32,000 nucleotides of DNA from Acaryochloris marina S15 (GTDB lineage Bacteria > Cyanobacteriota > Cyanobacteriia > Thermosynechococcales > Thermosynechococcaceae), in NCBI RefSeq assembly GCF_018336915.1, contig NZ_CP064923.1, forward strand, positions 3,120,001 through 3,152,000. The letters are read 5' to 3'. Positions 8,319 through 16,578 of this stretch are shown here, piece by piece. The notes below the pieces were generated by a model. That model searched no databases and was not told where the DNA came from. It saw only the letters and a program-made list of their open reading frames with translations. Numbering within the stretch: the stretch's first letter is position 1; each line of letters opens with the position of its first letter. The translations under genes and the position numbers were made by a program.

Positions 8319-8603
8319 ATGAAAGACAGGTGATGGAAGCGTTACTCCCTAACCTGCCTAGGGCAGCAAAACTGAGGTATTTTGCCTACATAAGCCTCAT
8401 GATTTTCTAGCCTGAAACGATTTGAGTTATTGGGCATGCTAGTAGTATTCAGCTCGGTTTTCCAAAATGTACACCTACTGTCACCGGCAGAAGAAAAAAG
8501 CCCGTCATTTGGCTCAGAAAACCAAAATAGAGAAGCCCATCCAACAAGACTTAGGATAATCTCCAACCCGGCAAGAAAAATCCAATGAAGCTGGACTAGC
8601 AGA

Positions 8604-9008
8604 ATGGGCCAACCAACAACAAAAATAGTCATGGCCAATTGGCAAGCCAACAATCCACCAATTGGATTGTCAACGGATATGCTCGCTGAACTCAGCTACA
8701 GTGGCTTTGCCGCAGAAGAAGCAAAGAAACAACTCAATACTTATATTCAGCTCATTGATGCAGGCAATGCGGTTCAGCATCCGTCCGCTTTTATTGATGT
8801 CAAGCTTTACGTGGGCGGGCTAGATTTAGTCAGTATGTTTGTCGGCACTTACAGCGAGACAGGACGTAAGATCGACTCGATCATTGGTACAGGCGGCTCT
8901 AAAAAATCCAAACTGAGAAGTGTTGGTGGCACAAAAGGACATGGTTTTGTTGGTAACTATGTTCCCACCGTCGGCCAAGAAATCGCCCAAGATCTCCAAC
9001 AGCGATAG
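8604..9008 (+). CDS. Hypothetical protein (134 aa; start may be ATG 8631)
   Basis: ORF between the ATPase and the DUF4157 gene on the same strand. The sequence looks like a real protein (LSTDMLAELSYSGFAAEEAKKQLNTYIQLIDAGNAV...) but has no recognisable family motif. Confidence 0.45.
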   Translation: MGQPTTKIVMANWQANNPPIGLSTDMLAELSYSGFAAEEAKKQLNTYIQLIDAGNAVQHPSAFIDVKLYVGGLDLVSMFVGTYSETGRKIDSIIGTGGSKKSKLRSVGGTKGHGFVGNYVPTVGQEIAQDLQQR

Positions 9009-9137
9009 TGATCATATTTATGTTTGGGATAAGTAGCCCCTTAAGCTGGCAGAAAAATTAGCCCAATAGCGAGGTCCTGAGATTCATTTGAAGTGGGATA
9101 ATTCCCTTGACGATGGTATTGTACGGATTCTGGGGGA

Positions 9138-10763
9138 ATGTCAGTGCAGACGCATAAAAATCAGGTACAGCAAGGTAAAACAGACACTGTCCCTTCCTCT
9201 ACCCCACCCATTACGCAACCGACATCTCCATCACCCACTATTGAACCTAAGTCGAATGCTGAAGGTCTAGCAGAACATGCGGAACGGCTGAAAAAATTTC
9301 AAAGATTAGATTCAAATATGGTGCAGATGAGGCCCCCACGCTTAGGCCATAGCAATCCCATTCCTATTCAACCCAAACTGACGATTGGAGCACCCGGAGA
9401 TAAATATGAACAAGAGGCTGATCGCGTTGCCAAACGGGTCGTCACCCAAATTCATTCTCCCAAGAGCCTAGATACTCCATCATCCGCTCAACGCCAGGAT
9501 TTACCTGAACGAGATGAGCTAATGATGAAGCCTATTATTCAACGACACAACGGCCCTAAAGATGCGAATCCCAACCTAGAACAAGCCATTAACCAATCTA
9601 AAGGGGGTGGTCGTCCCCTGAATGATAAGATTCGCGGTCCAATGGAACAAGCTTTTGGAGCAAATTTTGGTAATGTGCGAGTCCATAACGATACAAAAGC
9701 CCATCAACTCAATGAATCTATCCAAGCGCGTGCCTTTACCACAGGCCAGGATCTCTTTTTTCGCCAAGGAGCCTACCAACCGGGCAACCGCGCAGGGCAA
9801 GAACTCCTAGCCCATGAGCTTACTCATGTCGTGCAGCAAAATGGGGTGTTGGTCAAGGAATCGAAATCCTCAAATGCTGATTTGCAAAAGTCAAATGCCG
9901 TTGTACAGGCACAATGGGTGGCAGGGAAAAAAGCTGAAACTTGGTATTGGGACCAAGTATTAGATGGTGTTACATGGTATATGGATTCATCTAATTCAAT
10001 GTGGTTTCAGATCACAAATGCTGAAGCAATAACGACTGGAACAGAGGAAGAATATACTACATTGCAGGGAAAGAAGAACAAGAAGAGTTGGATCGAGTGG
10101 AATGCTTTAAGTGTTGCACCTTTGGGTGGTGTTGGTGATCTTCTTTTTGAGTCAATGCAGTCGATGCAAAATGAGGATTTTGAATGGGGTTCAAATACTC
10201 TTGGAGGGCCGTTAGCGAAGAAACTGGCTACTCAACCGCCCAGAAAATATGGGAATAAAGCTACTCCCTTGGCTCTATGGCTATATAAAAAAGATGAGCC
10301 CGAACCTAAAGTATTTAACTGTTGGGAGGCAGTACTTATTGCAGCATTCAAAGCTGGTCTAATAGATAAAAATTATATTAAGAAAGCAATTGTTATTAAA
10401 GGTGGTGTTCCAGCTTTTGTCAAACCAATTATGGATGGCCCAAGTGGTAAGGCCGATGGCCCTCTGACTAAAGATAAGGTTGCAATTGCAAAGATCCCTT
10501 TTGCCATATCTACACCATTCGCAAAGGGAGTTGTAGTTGCTTTTGGTACTGATCCTGGCCACGTTGCGCTTGCTACAGGAAAACGAGTGTCAATAAAAAG
10601 TTCGGAAGTGGCTCAAGCGGTAGAGGCAGAAGAGGGAAATGAGATTTTGGAGTTGGATAGTGCGACGGAAGGTGTAAGCAAATCAACTATTGAGGAAACA
10701 ATGGCTCGAAATACTGCATATACCCGACAAGTTTGTTGGGGATCATTACCCAGTTCTTTCTAG
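9138..10763 (+). CDS. DUF4157 (HExxH, eCIS-associated) protein with a distinct C-terminal Cys/His module; candidate eCIS effector
   Basis: ATG preceded by GGGGGA. Disordered P/S/T/Q-rich first ~50 aa. DUF4157 signatures: LTIGAPGDKYEQEADRVA, RPLNDKIRGPMEQAFGANFGNVRVHNDTKA, AFTTGQDLFFRQGAYQP, LLAHELTHVVQQ (HELTH = 9813-9827). The C-terminal ~300 aa are unrelated to DUF4157 and contain KVFNCWEAVLIAAFKAG (Cys395, codon 10320-10322) and GTDPGHVALATGKR (His475, codon 10560-10562). Confidence 0.9.
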   Translation: MSVQTHKNQVQQGKTDTVPSSTPPITQPTSPSPTIEPKSNAEGLAEHAERLKKFQRLDSNMVQMRPPRLGHSNPIPIQPKLTIGAPGDKYEQEADRVAKRVVTQIHSPKSLDTPSSAQRQDLPERDELMMKPIIQRHNGPKDANPNLEQAINQSKGGGRPLNDKIRGPMEQAFGANFGNVRVHNDTKAHQLNESIQARAFTTGQDLFFRQGAYQPGNRAGQELLAHELTHVVQQNGVLVKESKSSNADLQKSNAVVQAQWVAGKKAETWYWDQVLDGVTWYMDSSNSMWFQITNAEAITTGTEEEYTTLQGKKNKKSWIEWNALSVAPLGGVGDLLFESMQSMQNEDFEWGSNTLGGPLAKKLATQPPRKYGNKATPLALWLYKKDEPEPKVFNCWEAVLIAAFKAGLIDKNYIKKAIVIKGGVPAFVKPIMDGPSGKADGPLTKDKVAIAKIPFAISTPFAKGVVVAFGTDPGHVALATGKRVSIKSSEVAQAVEAEEGNEILELDSATEGVSKSTIEETMARNTAYTRQVCWGSLPSSF

Positions 10764-10789
10764 AATAACTTGATTTAATTTTGATCGAG

Positions 10790-11731
10790 TTATTTAGGGG
10801 CTACGTCGTGGAAGTGAGTGTAATCAATATATCGATGCCCATCTTGAGTCTGATGGAAAATATCGATGAATTTATGATTCCAAATAATGTCCAATGCCCC
10901 ATAGGTATGGCGAGCATGCAGAGATTGAGCCACTGTATCGTCAATCCCAGTCAGTGTGACAATTAGCGTCGCCTTGGTGCGCTCTAGCGATTCAGCAGTC
11001 GCGCCATAGAGTGGACTGGATTCATCAATCGGATGCATAACCGTCCAAGTCAGGGTAAAGGAAGGAGTACGAGGACGCAGCAAATTGAGATTATACAAAT
11101 GCCGCATGGCATCTCCCTCAGTGCTAACTTCATCCTGGAGAAAATAGAGATTAATTTCAGCTTCCAGAATTTGATTGCGGCGCTGATTGGCAGTACGAAA
11201 CATCAAAGTCGGTACGCCATTGTAAGGCGTAATCACCGCAACGTGGCTAAACAATACCCGAGTTGTTGGTCGAGAAAATCTCGCAAATGCCAAACCCGTA
11301 ATAAGGGCCACACTGAGAATACTCGTAAAAGCTTCTACCGTAACCACAAAATTGGCGTATGCCGTTGTCGGGTGCATGGCTCCATAGCCAATGGCTCCCA
11401 ACGTTTGCACACTGAAAAAGAACGCATCCCAAAAAGATCCTGGAGTCGCATTGGCAATACAATCTCCACCTGCCAAGAAAGCCAAAGCAAACAGAACATT
11501 AATGACCAAATAGCCGCCCACCAAAATCAGCAGAAATCCCAACCAGGGAATCGTTAACAGTAAATGATAGGGATCGCGCCAATAGGTGTACCAAACGCCC
11601 AGGCCAGAAATACTAAATTTGCCATCCTTAAACTTCAGATAGCTTTTTTGAGGCAAACTTTGGGCTAATTTTCGGCGGAGGGACTGACGGCGGCGGGAAT
11701 TCACAGGCGAACGCATAGAATGGACAATCAC
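10790..11731 (-). CDS. Inward-rectifier-type potassium channel (KirBac family)
   Basis: Two TM helices flank a pore loop with selectivity filter TLGAIGYG, followed by the Kir-type cytoplasmic beta domain (RPTTRVLFSHVAVI...PTLMFRTANQR...). Start is GTG 11731 (GTGA overlap with the upstream stop) or ATG 11716. Confidence 0.9.
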   Translation of the reverse strand: MIVHSMRSPVNSRRRQSLRRKLAQSLPQKSYLKFKDGKFSISGLGVWYTYWRDPYHLLLTIPWLGFLLILVGGYLVINVLFALAFLAGGDCIANATPGSFWDAFFFSVQTLGAIGYGAMHPTTAYANFVVTVEAFTSILSVALITGLAFARFSRPTTRVLFSHVAVITPYNGVPTLMFRTANQRRNQILEAEINLYFLQDEVSTEGDAMRHLYNLNLLRPRTPSFTLTWTVMHPIDESSPLYGATAESLERTKATLIVTLTGIDDTVAQSLHARHTYGALDIIWNHKFIDIFHQTQDGHRYIDYTHFHDVAPK

Positions 11732-12222
11732 ATAGGAGCTGTGATTAAGAATTCAACATTATATTGGTTGATCAGGTTGCATGTATCGTGATCAACCTGA
11801 TTCGTGTCTGATAACTCTAAATTATAGAAATCAATATAGTCTGTATCAAAGTGAGGGCCAGCATGCCAAGTCCCCACCTCTAATTTGATAAAGCAGTCCC
11901 CAGGAATTTGAAATGCAGTAATCTGATCTAGAGCAGGTTGAGCAGCATCTCCTGGGGGAGCAACGGCCATCAGCCAGGGTTTACCAGCTAGGGAACCTAA
12001 ACACTGGGTACATTTTAGATGCCGCGTAATGCGCGAGAACTGTCGTCCCAGTTTTTCCAGCCGCATGATATAGAATCGAGGAATTCCGTTGTCTAGCTGC
12101 AATTGAGCATTGTCAGGACCATACACAGCCCCATCTTCGGAGGCAAATATGACCTGGCCGTAGGGCTGAAAAGCCTCTGGAGTAATGGGTTGAGCAATTA
12201 GTTGTTGTGTGGAACATTGCAT
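11728..12222 (-). CDS. Ureidoglycolate lyase/hydrolase-like (cupin-fold) protein
   Basis: N-terminus LIAQPITPEAFQPYGQVI and the internal RFYIMR...FSRITRHLKCTQ... resemble the ureidoglycolate lyase (AllA-like) family pattern. Assigned from memory of the family, not from a search. Confidence 0.7.
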   Translation of the reverse strand: MQCSTQQLIAQPITPEAFQPYGQVIFASEDGAVYGPDNAQLQLDNGIPRFYIMRLEKLGRQFSRITRHLKCTQCLGSLAGKPWLMAVAPPGDAAQPALDQITAFQIPGDCFIKLEVGTWHAGPHFDTDYIDFYNLELSDTNQVDHDTCNLINQYNVEFLITAPM

Positions 12223-12252
12223 AGACGAGTCTTTGAAGGATCCTGCCAGAAG

Positions 12253-13188
12253 CTATGATACGAGTTTGCGATCGCTCCAACGAGCCAGCACAATCCCTGC
12301 CAATACAATAACGCCCCCCAAGCCTTGCTGCAGGGTTAGCGCCTCTCCAAATAATCGCCAAGCCAAAATTGCCGCCGTAACCGGTTGCAGCAGCAAACTG
12401 ACAGAAGCAAAAGCAGAAGGCAAATGGGCCAAAGCAAACATAATCAAACTTTGGCCAATCACCTGAGAAATACAGGCTAATCCCACTAAAGACAACCACC
12501 CTATCGTCGTCACGGGTAAAAAGCTTTCTCCTGATAGCCAAGCGACAAAGAACAAAATAGTAGCCCCGACAGTACTGCTCGCAAAGGCAATAATTGCCGT
12601 GGAAAAATACAAACGTAACCGAGCAACAGACAGAATATATCCAGCGTAGAAAATGGCCGTAAGCAATCCTAAAGCATCTCCAAACAGATGTTGGGTATCT
12701 ATACTGGCACTAACCAATAAGGTGGCTCCAGACAAAACCAAAGCAAGGGCAGCCACAAACCATCGAGAGACAGTTTGCCCAAACAGTAGCCACCCCGCTA
12801 AGACTACGAAAATAGGGGCAAAGTTAGCCAACAAAGTCGCATTGGCCACAGAGGTAAATTGAATAGACCAATGCCAAACCGCCAAATCTGCCGCAAAGAA
12901 GCACCCTGCTGACATCAGGGGAAACAAATTTACACGCTGCCGCGGTGAGAGGGGTGGTGAAGTTGGGAGTGAGGTCCACAACCATAGTCCTAATAGAGGA
13001 GCGGCAAATCCTAATCGATAGAAAGCTGTCGCACTCGGTCCTAACTCACTCAAGCGAACAAAGATGGGGGCAAAAGCAATGCCCACAGCCCCCAGAAGCA
13101 GAGCCATGAAAGCATAGGGATTGGGTTTGACACCATGCGAACCAGCCTTTTTCTCTGTTAACTTGAGCTGGGTCATGGTAAATAGCAA
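12253..13188 (-). CDS. DMT-superfamily (EamA-type) transporter, about 10 TM
   Basis: Highly hydrophobic 311-aa ORF with two internally similar halves and typical EamA endings (...LLQPVTAAILAWRLFGEALTLQQGLGGVIVLAGIVL). Start is TTG 13188 or ATG 13176. Lies 30 nt upstream of the next gene on the same strand. Confidence 0.85.
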   Translation of the reverse strand: MLFTMTQLKLTEKKAGSHGVKPNPYAFMALLLGAVGIAFAPIFVRLSELGPSATAFYRLGFAAPLLGLWLWTSLPTSPPLSPRQRVNLFPLMSAGCFFAADLAVWHWSIQFTSVANATLLANFAPIFVVLAGWLLFGQTVSRWFVAALALVLSGATLLVSASIDTQHLFGDALGLLTAIFYAGYILSVARLRLYFSTAIIAFASSTVGATILFFVAWLSGESFLPVTTIGWLSLVGLACISQVIGQSLIMFALAHLPSAFASVSLLLQPVTAAILAWRLFGEALTLQQGLGGVIVLAGIVLARWSDRKLVS

Positions 13189-14016
13189 GTATCAACAGTC
13201 ATCTGGAGTTAATTATTCCAATCGTATAGCCACAAACATGTGCATACTCGAAAGTAATCAATTCAGGCTATAGCTGGCCCTGGAGCAATAAATTACTCAC
13301 ACACATCACAGCCATATCTGCCACAGGCTGTGATATCGATTTTCATAGCAACTCTCGATCAATATTATCCAACGTCTTGATCTAGAGACATGACTTGCTG
13401 AGCTTGCTCATGGTTACTTATAACGTGACAACGCCCATACCCAATAATATATTTGCTCCGTATCTTGGGCTGTTTGTCCACAATTTTTATTATGAAAGAT
13501 AAAAGCACTAAACAATCAACCTTATCATTGCTAATTTTGGATGTCTTCAAGAAACGATCTAGGTTTACCTCTGTAGGTATGGTCTTCACACAACTATTAC
13601 AGATAATGAGAATTCAGCACTGATATTACTAGCCTTTCAATATAGTTTCCCTGAAAATTCTGTACCTTATTTCAGCCATTTACTAGAGTATTTTAGAGTT
13701 CAAGCAACTTATTATTACTCCATTCATCCGAGAGACTGGATGCTTAAGAAAAACCAGCAGACTTAAACGACTCACCATTGCTATTCCAGAAGAATAATTT
13801 CCTCTTACCTACATGAAATAATAAATATTTTCAAGGGTCATGCTTACATAGCCAAAATGATAAAACCATAGATACGAAGTATGGTCAACTATCCCAGAGT
13901 ACGAAAGCAAGGGAAATAGATCTTTTACAGCCACTAATCAAATAAGGATGTAATTTCAATACCATTCTCTCCCACGATATCAACAATGGTCATTAGGGCA
14001 CCTATTTGAACTGAAG

Positions 14017-14910
14017 ATGAAAAGCACTTGCCCAACTTGCAAACGCCCCTTGTACTTGCCTGATAACAACCAGCCTCTGCGGAAATGGCTAGTTATTTGT
14101 TCTGATTGCTATGTACTATACCAAGCTGAGCCCGGTGTTGTGATTGGTGCATGGCTGGGGTTTTCCCATAATCGCCAAGATATTTATCAAGCCCGAATTC
14201 AGATGAAAACTGGATCTACGAAAACAGTAGAAATGAACCAGCTCATCAGTGCAAACGTTCCAATTATATTAGTGACACCTCTCAACGGCCTAGGTCAATT
14301 AAAGCCAATTTCATTAGTAGAACTCCAGACAAACCAGTCTCACTTTCTGCTTCACCCTCAGCGGCAGCTCTCCAAATATCAACGATACAGCGCTATTGGA
14401 GTCAGTATAATTGTTGTCTGCGTAGGTTTATCCATACAGAGCACGTTAGCCCCTATCATCATTGTGGTGGTGGTCAGCAGCCTTTTAGTAGGAAAATTAA
14501 TACCAAAAATCTTACGAAGCAAAAAACATCATTCTCCAGCTAAATATCGCTTAATTTTGGAGCAGCGACTCATTAAACAAAGCGACAATTGGGGAGAGCA
14601 GCTACAACAACTAAAAATAGAGTTATCAAAATTAGATCAAGCGAACAAACGACTCATTTCTTACAGTAAAGATGAATTATTCCACATCAGATCAATCTCA
14701 AACAAGCCAAGAAAACGCCAGTACTTTGAGAACAAGTATCACAGACTGAACGAATTGATTGAGCACTATATCTTGGCAAAGACTTTGATTGACACAAATA
14801 TCGCTATTATTCAGTTAACAGAAGAAGTGCCCATTGACCTAATAGATCAATTATCTAACTTCTCCTTGAAGATTAAGCATCTAGATAATCGCTATCAATC
14901 TATAACCTAA
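14017..14910 (+). CDS. Hypothetical zinc-ribbon / TM / coiled-coil protein (297 aa)
   Basis: N-terminal CPTC...(19 aa)...CSDC four-Cys ribbon. Central hydrophobic stretch YSAIGVSIIVVCVGLSIQSTLAPIIIVVVVSSLLVGKLI (1-2 TM). K/Q/L-rich C-terminal half predicted to be coiled coil. The gene is visibly AT-rich (about 35% GC in lines I counted), as is the upstream 830 bp. Confidence 0.6.
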   Translation: MKSTCPTCKRPLYLPDNNQPLRKWLVICSDCYVLYQAEPGVVIGAWLGFSHNRQDIYQARIQMKTGSTKTVEMNQLISANVPIILVTPLNGLGQLKPISLVELQTNQSHFLLHPQRQLSKYQRYSAIGVSIIVVCVGLSIQSTLAPIIIVVVVSSLLVGKLIPKILRSKKHHSPAKYRLILEQRLIKQSDNWGEQLQQLKIELSKLDQANKRLISYSKDELFHIRSISNKPRKRQYFENKYHRLNELIEHYILAKTLIDTNIAIIQLTEEVPIDLIDQLSNFSLKIKHLDNRYQSIT

Positions 14911-15031
14911 TCCGCCATACTCTTAACTCCTTGGGTATGAAGGCATAAAATACCTCCAATAGGCTTTCTATAAAATCGGCTCTATCTACTCTAAAACAAC
15001 AGATATTCTAGAGTTTGTAAGCCCTATTGCT

Positions 15032-16015
15032 TTATTGCAGAAGAACATCTTCTTTATGGTCAATGATCACTTTCTTATCTCTAATTAACTGATATCGTCC
15101 AGACCACCGACCTGGAATGAGGGGTTGTTGGGTACCCTTCTTCCCTAAAGAACGGGTCCATACCTTCTGAGATTCAGACACAGGACGATTAAACTGAGCA
15201 ACCATTTTGCCCTGAGGATCTTGGAGCTGCAAGCGTTCCTGATCTCCTTTGAGCATGCCATAGGTATGGACCCAAAACACTAGGGCAGGGCTATCTACCG
15301 GAATCACCCGATCCTTAAAATCCCCATCCCATAACTGCTCTAGTTTAGGCAGTTGCGTGGCAAAGCCAGCCCGAATCAATCCCGTTGATTGGTAGGGAAG
15401 GGCTAGGTTCCATAAGGGACTCTTGCTGCCCTGACACCCCAATTGGGATTCTGGCCCAGTAAACGGATCTATAACCTTGTCTTGGTAGCGAACACTCAAG
15501 TGAACATGGGGAAAAGAAGCCTTCCCAGAAGTACCTACTAAGCCTAGAGGCGTGCCCTCTTTCACTTTATCGCCCGGTTGAACCAGCACACTTCCCTGCC
15601 GCAGATGACAATATTGAGTCTGCCAGCTTTCATCATGTTCAATAACAACACCATTACCGCATTCCATTCCTTCAACGGCATCTGTTTGAGTTTGATCCTG
15701 AATTCGGCGATCGCGAATATTGTTCCGAGTGCGCAATACAGTCCCTGCTGCCGATGCCTTAACGGTAACCTCCTCTTGCTCATCAGAGATAGCAAAGTCG
15801 GTTCCTTTGTGGCCATCGTAAGTCATCCGGCCACAGCCAAAATCTACAGCTTCTGGCCCTGGATCCCGATCAGGATAAAGCAGAACAAAGCAGTCTTTGC
15901 CTAAGGTGCAATCAATGGGTAGCCCTAGCCGCAAGGTGGGGTTAGCTTGGGTCGCCAATTCACATCCCACCACAAAAAACAATCCCAACAGCAGTAGAAA
16001 AATGTACCTACGCAC
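15032..16015 (-). CDS. M23-family (LytM-type) metallopeptidase, probable lipoprotein
   Basis: GTG start. Signal sequence with lipobox LFFVVGC. M23 motifs HKGTDFA (HxxxD) and GKASFPHVHLSV (HxH). Confidence 0.9.
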   Translation of the reverse strand: MRRYIFLLLLGLFFVVGCELATQANPTLRLGLPIDCTLGKDCFVLLYPDRDPGPEAVDFGCGRMTYDGHKGTDFAISDEQEEVTVKASAAGTVLRTRNNIRDRRIQDQTQTDAVEGMECGNGVVIEHDESWQTQYCHLRQGSVLVQPGDKVKEGTPLGLVGTSGKASFPHVHLSVRYQDKVIDPFTGPESQLGCQGSKSPLWNLALPYQSTGLIRAGFATQLPKLEQLWDGDFKDRVIPVDSPALVFWVHTYGMLKGDQERLQLQDPQGKMVAQFNRPVSESQKVWTRSLGKKGTQQPLIPGRWSGRYQLIRDKKVIIDHKEDVLLQ

Positions 16016-16578
16016 AATATTGTTGCTCCTTGTCCTAAACCAGAGGTATGTGAACTCACTTTATCAATGGTTGATGAGTTCTAAGTGAATTAATAACGAT
16101 TGAATTTTATTCAAAATCTAGAATTAAGCTGAATAAATATCGATTTATGGTTTTCTAAATCCCTATTTATTTAGTTATGCTTTGTATTACTTTAATATCC
16201 AAACATTCACAATTCATCACAAATCTTCTACAGCAAAGCATTGCCAAGTAACCTTCTCAGCTTTTTGTAAAGATTGCTAATATTTATGAGCCATAGACTT
16301 ACTAAAGCGTTATAGCTGGAATACTTAGAAAGTAAAAATTAATAACTGCTTAAGAGATGATCACTTTACATTCTCGGAATCAGTACGATTATCAACATTT
16401 CTATTAATATTTTTATAGATATTTCAGAAGTTTTTTAATTTATAGTTAGCAAGGATTTTTTCAGTAGAGAAGAATTACTAGATACATGGGGGAATTGAAG
16501 ACTGTCTGGCGACAAAATCATATCTCCAAATTAATTGGGTAACAGATTCTTCTCGCGTAGAGCATTCATTTTACAGTT

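Noticed and set aside
8342-8653. 103-aa minus-strand ORF with two hydrophobic helices
   Set aside because: I did not call it as a feature. It is antisense to the operon direction, overlaps the 5' end of the 134-aa plus ORF, and its C-terminal 45 residues look non-protein-like. It is left as an open question in the findings.
11033-12862. ORFs 11033-11557(+), 11247-11462(-), 12113-12541(-), 12209-12466(+), 12653-12862(+)
   Set aside because: These are antisense or out-of-frame overlaps with the Kir channel, cupin and DMT transporter genes. Their translations are Arg/Gln/Ser-rich, as expected for the reverse strand of membrane-protein genes.
13365-13589. 74-aa minus-strand ORF (GTG start) in the AT-rich stretch
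   Set aside because: It has no RBS, no motif, and lies in AT-rich sequence where ORFs of this length arise by chance. It is insufficient for a call.
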